From NCBI GenBank assembly GCA_002633005.1, contig NMRA01000649.1, forward strand, positions 1 through 64,000: a stretch of 64,000 bases of DNA, in the 5' to 3' direction. A program made the translations under genes and the position numbers. Below the pieces are notes generated by a model. That model searched no databases and was not told where the DNA came from. It was given only the letters and a program-made list of their open reading frames with translations. This document shows, in pieces, positions 12,140-23,400 of the stretch. Position 1 is the first letter of the stretch. Every line of letters begins with the position of its first letter. This DNA is from Phoronis australis. Lineage: Eukaryota > Animalia > Phoronida.

Positions 12140-13334
12140 CTGAAAATCAACAAAATAACAACTGACTCGAAAGCTTAAGTCCATGAAAAGCGGTAATTTT
12201 TCATAAATGTAGCACACATATCAAATTTTGTCAAATTTCTCCATAAAAATAAAGATTAAGAAAATTTTAGTCCATTATTAACATGGCATTCGACTGTGGT
12301 TGCCAAAGAAATTTGATGAAATGTGGAAAGTGCAACCTTCACAACAGCTGAAAAACATGCATGGATCATCCTCTGGTCTGTTCGCATTTCCTGCACAAGA
12401 ATTAGTGACCCAAAATTAAAGAAATGTGTCGATAAAAAAGACAACCTGCAAAATGGCGACTTCCATGTCTGTTTCCAGTTCCACCAGATTAAAATCTCAA
12501 GGGTCGGTCTCATTTCTAAATCAACCGATAACATTCAAGTACAAAGTAGGTCATTAGGTTAACTGTTGACATCAACTTACGGCAGTATAACTCAGCGACA
12601 AGATGTTGAAAATTTTGCATATGCTGCCCAATTCTGTCATTAAGTGACTTTTTCTGTTATGGTTAGGAACTGGAAGCGTATTTTGCTTCATTCTAGCCAG
12701 CCAGCTAGCTGTATGAAGACTGTTGTCAAAATACAGCTAGGTACCACTGTGTGTATTTCTTCCGTAGATCCCGAAATTGCACACAGCCAGGGTAGTTCTG
12801 CTCGTGACCTCGCTGTGAAACTTGTATCAACACGTAAAGCTAAAGACCGGAGGGGGTGCATGCAAAATATGGGAATCAACCGACACTCACCTTGCCCATT
12901 ACACCCGTTTAAGTGAAAAACAATGCAATAAATGTCATTTTCTAGCATAACTCTCTGCCTTTTTTTAACAATGAAAACTATGTCCTCATTTTGAAAACAG
13001 TATGCTTGTGTCACGCGCACCAATAGGTGACGCAATATTTCATGGCGCCGAAAGCTAATCAGAAGATCGCTCCAGAACTTTAGCAGCAGAATAATGGTAG
13101 AACGCCATTTTTTCCAACACCATTAAATAATTTAGTTTACTAAAGGAAGACTGTGGTTTTTAATGACACTAATTTTGTGTCAGATTTTACCTTGCCACGT
13201 TTTTACCCATATCGGTGCAAAGGCTAAGCTGTACATGCATACAGCATACAGCTTTGTACCAAGGCTAGCTTCATTCATGCTTTGCAACTACGACAGGTAT
13301 AATTTGCAATATTTGGGCAAAATTGTGGTCCACN

Positions 13335-13990
13335 TTCTTCGAGCAGTCCCTATTTCAGTTCCCAAAATCGTGAAATCAAAATTTTCATTTTTTTTTTAAC
13401 TAGGCCGAAGGTCAGAAGTTGCGATCCTACCGGCGAACTTTGAAAGCTGAAGTTCCCGCCCTTTGCGTACGTGCTGCCGGGAACCAGCCGTGCATTTGCC
13501 GTGTTGTTAAACATAAAAATGTCAAATATGTGCACAAAGACTTTTAAATGTCATATCAGCAGCATTTATTTTTATCAAATACAAACAATAATTCATTGAA
13601 ATACAAACAGTTTCAAGTAATGCCAATTAAAGACAAGTATAAGTGGTGGCATTTTGGAAACGAACATTTGACTGACAAGACCGCAATGACTCACCTTTGG
13701 CCTATTTAAAAATTATTGAGGTTATGAAGTCACATCACCTAGCGAGCGCGGTAAAAGTTTGAGCGTGCGCAGTACAAAAATTTTGATTTCACGATTTTGG
13801 GAACTGAAATAGGGACTGCTCGAAGAAAAAGTTTCACGGGAGTATTTGTTCGAGTTGGAAGAACTTAAACACATCGACAACCTCCTAAGGTGTTCGTCTA
13901 TGCGCAAAAGGTAGTTATAACAATGTGACTTTGATGGTTTAGTCAGTGCGAGGCATAATTCACCGAGAAGCTTCCGGCGTACAGAGCACC
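13335..13990. mobile_element. Foldback/MITE (family B), left arm truncated at N13334
   Basis: ~50-bp near-perfect inverted repeat, 13335-13385 against 13777-13827; 13815-13960 is homologous to 58850-58997. Confidence 0.7.
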
Positions 13991-14214
13991 TATAGCCTCT
14001 ACATCGCCTCTGCTTCGGGCCAACAGAGGCGATGGTCATTGCCTAATCACGCCCTACACCCCTACAGTAATGGCAGCATACCAGTATAGAATAGGAAGTT
14101 GCCAAACGTAACGTAAATAATAAGAAAAAAACAAGTTTACGCAAACCATGCAAACTGTACACTCGAAAATTTTGATCACCGCTCACTCAAACCACAAACT
14201 CGAACTAAACTTAC

Positions 14215-14255
14215 CACTCTGCCTAAATGTTTTCAAATAACCCGCTTCCTGTCCA
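14215..14255 (-). other. CNTLN: Putative non-coding first exon of CNTLN (5' end approximate)
   Basis: Strong minus-strand donor GTG|GTAAGT (forward cttac at 14210-14214) next to an ETS-like CAGGAAGC. The ATG-bearing exon has an acceptor at 12140-12141, so it needs an upstream exon. Confidence 0.6.
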
Positions 14256-14471
14256 ACAACCAGTTCAGTCATGCGCAATCAGTGTCGCGAAGGCAAGATT
14301 TTGGCACCGAAAAGACAATTTTGAGTGTAAGAATTATTCATTTTGAAATTTTCTTATACAAAGTTTGCAAAATAATAAGGTATTGCATTTATTGAACATT
14401 ACTTAAATGAAAGCAACGTTGAAAGTGTCGCAAACATTTGTCAACATTTCCCGGTTTGCGCTCAGCCAAAG

Positions 14472-14480
14472 ATGGCAGCG
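14472..14480 (+). CDS. BNC2: BNC-like putative first coding exon (M-A-A), phase 0
   Basis: AAGATGGCAGCG|GTGAGT: good Kozak context and consensus donor; phase matches the acceptor at 52639, giving MAAAIRC. Confidence 0.65.
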
Positions 14481-17400
14481 GTGAGTAAACTTGTCGATTT
14501 GTGTCATAAAATATTTTTTCAATCTACCGGTTTTCAGCCATGCATACACTGTATTTCCTACACTCGTGTCTTTCAATTCTTGCTTGATATTCGTGTCATG
14601 GCGAGACAAAAATGGTTTAGAAATTCTTGTAGAAAACTGTCCTTTTGGACAGTGACGTCTTTGCCTGAAATTTCATTCATTCATTCTTTCACTCTGGGAT
14701 TCAGTCATTCACTAGAGGTGTCGTAAAAAGTTAAGCGAATGTAATGTCGAGGCCAATTTTTACTGGCCTTCTGTGATGATCTAGGTTATTATAGTTTCCT
14801 CTGTTTTGATTTTCATTGCAGTAGTGCAGTGCTTGTTCGCAGATCCAGTATCAGCTGTCATTTGAATGACTTGCACTGAGTCGCCCTAAATAAGTAAATA
14901 AATTTCCTGACCACATTTTCTCAATTGTAACTTTTCTGTTCATTGGTTCATATGCGAAGTATCATTTATTTCAATGTTTTGTTTTGGGTTCAAATTAGCA
15001 ATAGTTAAAAATGTTTAAGTTAAAAACCTACTGAATACACTTACAGACTTACAGAGCTCCCAGATTGCCCTGATTATACGGTAGATCACTTAAGGAAAAT
15101 ACCACCACAAAATCTATTAACTGTGAGGTCTAGTAGTTAAAAAATTTAACCATTTATGAAAAATTCCCATTTACTATAAACTGGTTGTTTTCCATGAAGC
15201 AGTACTGGGAAATTTATTTAACTGGGAAACTTATTTATGAAGGTAACAACCTTTTTATTTCGGATATGTTTTATAGCTTTCTGAATTCAGCACTTAAGCA
15301 TTCCCTGTATGTACCAATGAGTGTAAAAGTCAGATTCAAAAGTCCCGGATTCTGAGTGTCAAAAGAGAACCACCAAGCTCATTCCTTTGAATAACCTTAC
15401 TTGGCATTTAATGTTGTGGTCCCTGATTTTGAGAACCAAGCAATCACTGAATAAATGACCTTTTATTCAGTGGATAAAATAGTTCTCTACATCAGGGCCC
15501 ACTGTATTCGACCAGTGCCTAATGTTCCTCCATCTGATAGGAAACATTCTTCATACAACTGTTAAGCTTTGTGACTGCACAAATACATCTGTCATTCGAT
15601 TCAATTTTTCTTTCTGTTGTGCAGAGCATGCACAGCCTAAAAAATGGGGGGCTCGATTTTTGAGAATGTGGACCTTTTTACTAAGATTCACTGGGTACTT
15701 CAGAGCTATAAATTGTGCATTTGCCAAATTTCGGTAGTTCCGCCTATTTAGTGGATTTTTGTCTCGTTTTCTATTTTCTGTGGAGTTTCTGTTTCTCTGA
15801 GGTGGACCTTTATGGCCACCTCGCCAAATGTGGGGGGGCTCGTTTAAGCCCCCAAGCCCCCCTGGGTGCGTGCATGCAGAGCAGGCCGAGTTGATAGGGA
15901 CAAAACGTAAACTCTTTCATTCACCAACATTTTGAAACATTGGACATTTGTGTATGAATCTTTTAAACATCCCACTGCTCAACAGTGGCAATTTGATGGT
16001 ATGATGTCCACACAAAAATTACAAAGAAAGCACTGGAAAATACCCTTCTTCATTGATTCTGTAAAAGAATGCAGAATACAGTCAACCAACTACCTTACTA
16101 GCATAGGCATCCAGTGACATGGTGTTGCTCTTGTAGTGGAGAAGGACTATTCCGTTGAACTAACTGGTTCTCAAACGAGGAACTATTATGTCCAATTATT
16201 CCCCTACAGGAATTTATTCAGATTTTCCACAAGTGGATTTGCAATTGGAAACTTAACTTTTCAGTTCCGGTTTGAATGTAGTGATTTTGTCTCTGGATTT
16301 CTTATGCAGCTCATGGTCACCCCTTCCACCTCAAAGCAGATGACTAGTGTTCCTGTATTGGCAATGCTCAACTGTTATTTCCGGCTCCTTGAAATAAGTC
16401 TCAGTTGGCACTTTTTACCCAGCAGGAGGATTATTAATCAACCGCCTACAGTATGGCACTTAACGGAAGCATAGAGTGGTGGATCAACTAATGAATCGTC
16501 ATTGCTGAGATTTCGGTATTGTCATTCCTGACTTGCGATTTCATGTTTTGTGCAATAGAGCCAACTTTGTGGCCTAGGCATGCCTGGTGTCCCCCAGAAG
16601 ACAGCAGGCCACCTTTCTACTTTTACTTGGTGAAATGAAACTTCTCTAAGTATGTTGCTTTGTCATATTTTTTTGTTTCTTTGTTCACACGCTTCATATC
16701 GCAATTCTTATCAGATCACGTGTTTCATGAATGGCTCAAAGCCTATTGCTTTTTGTTGAAGTCAGATACAAGATGGTGCTGTGGCGGCCATTTTTCTCTT
16801 GTTTGAGGAGCCTTAGCTCTGCTGTTTCTGGTTGGATTTTTCTGGTTTTACTTTCTGTGGATAGATCATTCCAAGGGCTGTGGTAAATGTTGCATTTGTT
16901 TTTTTCTAGATCTTATCATTGTCGAGTCATTCCAACTGGTTAGGATTTATGCTTTGGATTTTGGCAAGGTCGCGAATGGTAACGTGGTAGTTTTCATGCT
17001 GTCATTAGAACTGGTTAGGATTGATGTTTTGGATTTTGGTCAGGTTGCGGATGACAACCTGGTAATTTTCTTACTGTTGAGGACTATTTAAGATTGCACT
17101 CGGCAGGTAAAAGAAATCCAATGACTGAGTCAATTGTACTAGCGTCTTGTGAGACAAATCCTAACAAAGACGTGATCTATGAGCTGAGCTCATTTGCATT
17201 CGAGGCAGGTAGTTCTTTGTCTGGGATGGCCATTAAAGTGACAATGTCTTTGGAAACATTCCTTCCACTAGAATTTTAGCTCCCTTATCCCAACTCTCTT
17301 ATAATTTTTGGCAAGGAATATTTAGCCTGAGCAGCATTCTTCCACATCCAGATGGGAAATACTCACTCTTTGCTGAAGAAGATCTGAAATGGTTCTTTTG

Positions 17401-20400
17401 GCTCATGCCTGTTTTAATGTTATAATACTTGTGTGCAAAAATGGGGAAAGCTTTTGCGTTAGCGAATTGACCATTCTGGTGAACACACATCCCTAATTTC
17501 TCAAATTTTGGCATAATGCTCACCCCTGATTTTTTTGATTTCCCAATTCAAGCATGGTGCGTTGTTTTCCAATTGAGTACGGTATTATGAATTTATTTTC
17601 ACTGTAAAATTTCTGTTGTAATAGCTCTTTGAAAAAGGAATTTAGAATTATTGTTGTTGTTGTTTTTTAATTTACTAGATTAAGTCTGTTCCCCTCACAG
17701 GCATGTTAACTACCCTTGATGTTGGTTGTGTACCAGCTGGTCTTAAGTTGGGTACAGTAGAATTGTTTACTTGGGGGTAATTAGAGGACATAGGTAACTG
17801 TACACCAAATTAGAAAAACCTCAAGTTGAAAGCTCAGTCTTGCAGCCATGACTATTACGTGTCTGATCATAACTCAGTGTTGTATTCACTGAAGTGTGCA
17901 AATTGCTGCTGTCTTATATGAATTCGAAGTGATTAGAAAGACTTTGAATGTAGAACTGATTTTTAAATTAAGTTTTCAGTTGGAATTAATAGTTCTTTGA
18001 CTGGTGAAGTAAATTTGTGTAGTTAATGCATTGCTTATATTGAATTGGTATAGTGTCTTTGATTCTCTAAAGATATTAGGAAATAAAAAGAAGTGAGAAT
18101 CCATTTTAATTTCATCCGCTAAATATTTAATATTTAAATTCTCTTATTAAAGCTGTAATTCACTGCTGTTTAGCTGTCAGTGCTGAATTCCTAACCGAAA
18201 TGCTTTGGGGTTTAAAAACATTGCCATGCTCATTCGATGTTGAATTGTTGCAACTCAAGTCAAAGGCAATGCACACGTGTGCCTTTTTTGAATTCGTAAT
18301 TTTAGAGTTGGCCATCCTCAATAAACGCTGAAGCATTTTCTTGAGTTGCTGATGTGCGGTTCCGATGATACTGTTGGTGACGGACTACACGGCTTGTAGT
18401 CATTCTTCATTTGTTTAGCACAGTGGGTGACCCCATTGTGATTCTATTATGTTGAAGTTCTCAACAAAAAAATTATTGAGAAAGTTAATCTATTTCTAGC
18501 ATAATTTTCAGTGTGTAGATGTCAAAACAACATTTTTATAGAAAAAAGTTCCCATTATTTTCTGGGACGTAATTGGCAAGTGCTTGAAAAATGGAAAAGT
18601 GACAATCTGGGATATTATTGTTTTGGAATTAGTAGAGAATTGCTATAATTCGATTCTTGTTTTTTAGCCAGTTAATCAGCGTGAAATGCAACTTTGTTAC
18701 TAAATTCCCACCTGGGCAGCGCTGTTCATACCTCGGCAACACTGTTCATACCTGGGCAGCGCTGTTCCAGCTGTTGATGGTGTCCTGATTACTGAATGCA
18801 GTTGTCTTGTGGGATTTGTACTTCGCACTCTATATAATAATTGTAAATAATAATCACGATTGATCGATTAATTGCGCCTGGAAACATGAAGTGCACAAAT
18901 ATTTTTGTATTTGTTTTATCGGCCTTTAAAGTTTTGTAATTTACTGGCCGTGCATGGGTTTACTGAAGTGGTGACCCTAAATGACGGCACACCGACATTG
19001 CCAGCAACTCCAGACTCCATGAACTCAATCTTTGGGAGATACTGATGCAGAAAAAAGTGACTAATTTCGAAAGGCCATAGATAATGGTGATTCCACAAAA
19101 AACAGTTTTTCGGTAAAAAATGCAATGCATGCCATATTGCTTTCTCTGCAAACAAAAAGATAAAACCTTCCTACTTTCTACCTGGCTTTCATTGCTTATT
19201 ATCGCAATTTACATGTTTCCCGGTTCATGCATCCGCTAATTTGAAGTTGTATATGCCAGCAGTAATTATCTTAGTAATTTCAAGTCGCACCATTTGTCCA
19301 AATCGTCTAAATGATGTTCTTAGGAACCGCTGATTGATTTAAAAATTCACCAGTGCGAGTTGTCGTAGAAAGGTACAATATTTTGTAAATAACTGCATTT
19401 CGTGTGCAGCAGTTTTTTTAGATTGAACGTAGACGAAACCAATGACTGACTGACATACTCACTGCCTGAGCTTGGTTATTTAGTGCCATAAACAACTCAT
19501 CATTTTTCATTAAGTTACTGAATGTGCTTGTTTAAAATGATGTACTGTGTTATTAATCTTGTGAACAAAGATGAAACGCATGTTTTCGAGTTGATACTTT
19601 CAATTGTTACTCAACACTAAAACCATGCATCTTTTTATTGCGTTTCTTCTCAAATTGCCCACGCTGAATTAATGTCAAATGTATTTAATGTCATTTAGTC
19701 CCTTGTCACTCACTGATATCAAATTTTATAAATTTAAAATCAGTGTCTATTCTAGTTAATCCGTGTCAGTCCCATCTGCACGTGTGTGTCACCAGTAAGA
19801 ATCTCACAGAATGTAATCTCTAAACACAGGAGATCTACCGATGAAATTATTAGGCTTAATTACGAGTAACACAATTTTTATAAACTCGATTATCCGTGTT
19901 CATTTTATGTGGTGTTACCCTAACTTTGTTACAAGTCAATGCAAGGCTTGGTAGATTCAGTGGCCGGACATGTGCGTTGTCACTGGCAAGATGGGACTGA
20001 CATTTAACCATGTCAAGATCAATAATGCCCGTTGTCTACTCCTGACGTTGGGGAGCGCGATGAACCTCTGGCACAGCTGTGGACCATTAGGTGTAGTTAG
20101 CCTCATATTTAATTGGCAATGGACTAGTGATCAATTGTGCATCGTTGAAAAACGCGGCGAATCTTTTGGACTCAGATCGCATCTGAGGTCGGTTGTCATG
20201 GCTAAATGCGTACAGGTGGGTCTCTTACAAGTATAGAGTGCCATGAACCAAGCGAGGTGACTGCTGTTGTGACTAGTGTACAAATTTAATTATTATTTTG
20301 CAGTGCCTTCACTCGCCTTGGGGGAAAGGGCCTGTAGATTCTGACAGGAGTTTTTTGTGAGCAGAATTTTCCCCACAGTTCCCTCAGTCATTTTAGGAGA

Positions 20401-23400
20401 GAGATAACTTTTCTTCTTGAAAGGAAATTTTTTCTCCTACGAACAAAAACTTTTCTCCCTCTAGCTCCCTCTTGATAGAGGGTAGTTTTGTGACCTGGTT
20501 GTGGGAAATCAGGCATGGATTGAGAGTGGGTCCAAAGAGTAAAAATCTACCTCACAATCGTTTTTACGTAGCTGTTGTGGAAGAATCTCAAGCAACCCGC
20601 TGTGTTTGTCCCTCGTTAAGAGCCACTGGACAAAACCGTGGATACGAGGCTGGACACTTGTGTGATTCTTAAGAAAAATCAGAGGGAAATGAGGCTGATA
20701 TGTGGCCCAAAATGTGGGACATCGAGGTCAAATTACTTATTAAGGAAACTTTTAAGTATGTTACTGATACAGTGCTGACGTTGTCTTTCTGACATTCGAC
20801 TGCCTGAACGTCGTTTACATCTCTATCAAGCCTTTAAAGAATCTTGAGATTTAGTCGATAGGTTCATGGTAAAGATGTCGGTGGCCATCAGTAGAGGCTT
20901 CCTCAAAACTTGTGTAATTTAGATTGTGATGCGTGAGCAACAGCATCAGCAACTTGTGGGGTGATTACGACTACTGGCACAGAAGTGCCATCTGGTGGTC
21001 ATTAGTTTCCAGTTTTTTAAATTTGTTATTCATGGAGTATTGGTCTACCCATTTAGTATGGATTTTAATGAATTGAAACTTTGAATTTTGAAACGCATTT
21101 TCCTTGATTTTCACCGGTTTAGAACACAGAAAGTTTCGTCAGCCAAGAGACATCATTAATTTGGGGACATTTCTTAAGTTATAACCGTGCATGTAATTCA
21201 TAAAAAGTAATGTGCAATTCCGTTCAACTGTGGTGGCCATTTTGTCGGCGCATCACCAAAAATTCAAAAGTTGCTTTGAAAATTACAAAATCAATTCTTT
21301 TTGTTTTTAACACAATTGATTTTGTGTTAAAAAACATTGTTGAGGAATAAGGTTTGACTAGATTGGTTTGTGATTAATTTCCTTTAAATAGAAAGAAAGT
21401 GAAATGAGTGTCTTTAAAGGATTTGTGGTAAGAGACACTTTTGCTCGTCACCAATTACTTTTTGGAAAATCCACACTTCTCTTTCTAAGGGCACTTGTCA
21501 TTTGGTACAGTAAAATCCATGATATGACAAAATATAGCCGACACTGATATTGAAGATAAGTAGTACCAGCTCAGTGTTGTATCATTTTTAAAGATCTACA
21601 TTTTCATACTTGTAAGTACTACCAGACAATGATTCTGAGAAATTGAGGGCATCTTTAACGTTAGAGTCCTGTGAAAAACATATTAAAGAGCAATTCGGCT
21701 ATTACTTTTGTCTGAAATTGGTTAGAATTGATCATACATTGTTGTTTGATACCCACCTTCTACAGGTATTTTACACGGGTTTTGTTTACTTTACCATTGC
21801 CAGTCACTTTTCGAATAGTCCATCAGGAAATTTGGGATCACAGTGCGTGATTTCCTGACAGACTTTTACCAGTAATGTATAGAGACTAAATCAATCAAAA
21901 ATTGGCCAGTATTCCTCCCACAGGGTTCATCAAAAGAGAGTTCAAACGACCGAACTGACACCGCCATTCTCATTAAAAATGATGACATGTTTAATTTATA
22001 CAAAAACATTGCACGGATCAGTCAAGGCCTTAATCACCTGAGAGCTATTTTTAGCCCGCTGTCTCGTCTTGGTTGGACCAGAATCAGAAAGGTAGATCTG
22101 TAGTAGCATTAAAACTGGTGAGCGGTTACGGTCCTCGTGCTACACACAGCCACAGTTGTCATTTTTCACAGACTGGCTAATACTACTGCAACTAATTACG
22201 ATTTCACCATGCGTTGTTTAATGACAGCTGTTCAGGGCAAAGCATGCGAATTATGAAGTAAAACTTCCTTAATGCGTGTGTAGTTTGGTGGTGAAATTTT
22301 ACGAATGAAATTTACGAATTAAAATTTTATTTTTACTGTAGGTATTGTTTCACATAGGTTGTGAATCGTGATAAGCAATTTTTGTCAAACGATCGGTGTT
22401 GTGGAACTGTGTCAAGGTTCAAAATATCTCCAATATTAGTAGGGTTGAAGAAGTCTTTGAAAAATAGCCCCTTTGAGTGTACATGGGTTGTGACTAACTG
22501 TTTGTGTTTCTTTGCTTGTTACAGGTAAGCTAGTATGACTGAACATGAGCTCAGGTGACGACAAGGTATGTACCTAACACCTTAACGGTTACCAGCTTTG
22601 TTACCTTCACTCAACTTGACCAGAGGTGCCACTCATCCGTTTTCATGTTGATAATTATTGAGCATGGATTACGGTGTTATCTCATAAACTTAGGACACAA
22701 TATGACAGACGGGAAATTTTATTTCAATTCTCATTTTTTCTTAAATTATGTGTAGGTCCAAAATAGTGCTTAGCCATATTCAAGCTTTTGAACATAGCTG
22801 CACCAACAGACAATATTTTAAAAAATGTGGGCATTCACAACAATGAAAAAGTTCAATTTTTGTAATTACTCTTTTACGAATTTGGTGAGATTTTATTGTC
22901 AAGTCAAAGTCTTAGTGCTGTTGATACCTTATTGTAGAAAAAAGATTACTCATTTCCAAAAATTGTCTTACCTGTTTTTTACTTTAGGATTGTTGTTCTT
23001 TGTCTTTATCAGGAATGTTATCTGGTGCCATGTCCTTTACAGATCTTTGTAAAATTTTAAGGACCCGAATTAGTATCAAACCCTTGCGCTGTTCTTTTAA
23101 AGCGAGATTGCGCATGCGCATCCCGGGTTCATAACGGGTGTGACTTACTTTGGGACAAGTAATGATGTTTGCATCGGGTTTGCCTTGATTTGATATCGCA
23201 TTTGTCCGAAGTTATTCGAGTTCTAAAGTAAGGCAAGTTCACACTTTCTAGTTTCATCTTCCTTAACTGTACTCGTAAGATGATGTTTTTGATGCGTAAA
23301 AACTCACCTATTTAGTTCGTAGCATAGTGGACAAGTAAGATCTTATTTTCTCATTTTTCATAAGAGGTCTGTAGTACAAAATAAATGGTTTTACATTTCA

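Larger units (their letters stand above)
14215..14486. promoter_or_regulatory. Putative bidirectional promoter shared by CNTLN (-) and the BNC-like gene (+)
   Basis: Two outward-facing strong donors 266 bp apart (14214 on -, 14481 on +). Contains ETS-like GCTTCCTG, TGCGCA, TCGCGA, and a YY1-like CAAAGATGGCAGC overlapping the ATG at 14472. Confidence 0.65.

Noticed and set aside
14472-14726. 84-aa single-exon ORF at the promoter
   Set aside because: Consensus donor after codon 3; the remainder is intron read-through.
16136-16474. 112-aa plus-strand ORF as a nested gene or tyrosine-recombinase remnant
   Set aside because: Non-ATG start, no convincing motif and no splice chain.
17700-17900. 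LINE endonuclease remnant ([15 protein letters not shown] motif)
   Set aside because: A single short motif with no supporting open frame; would need an HMM search.
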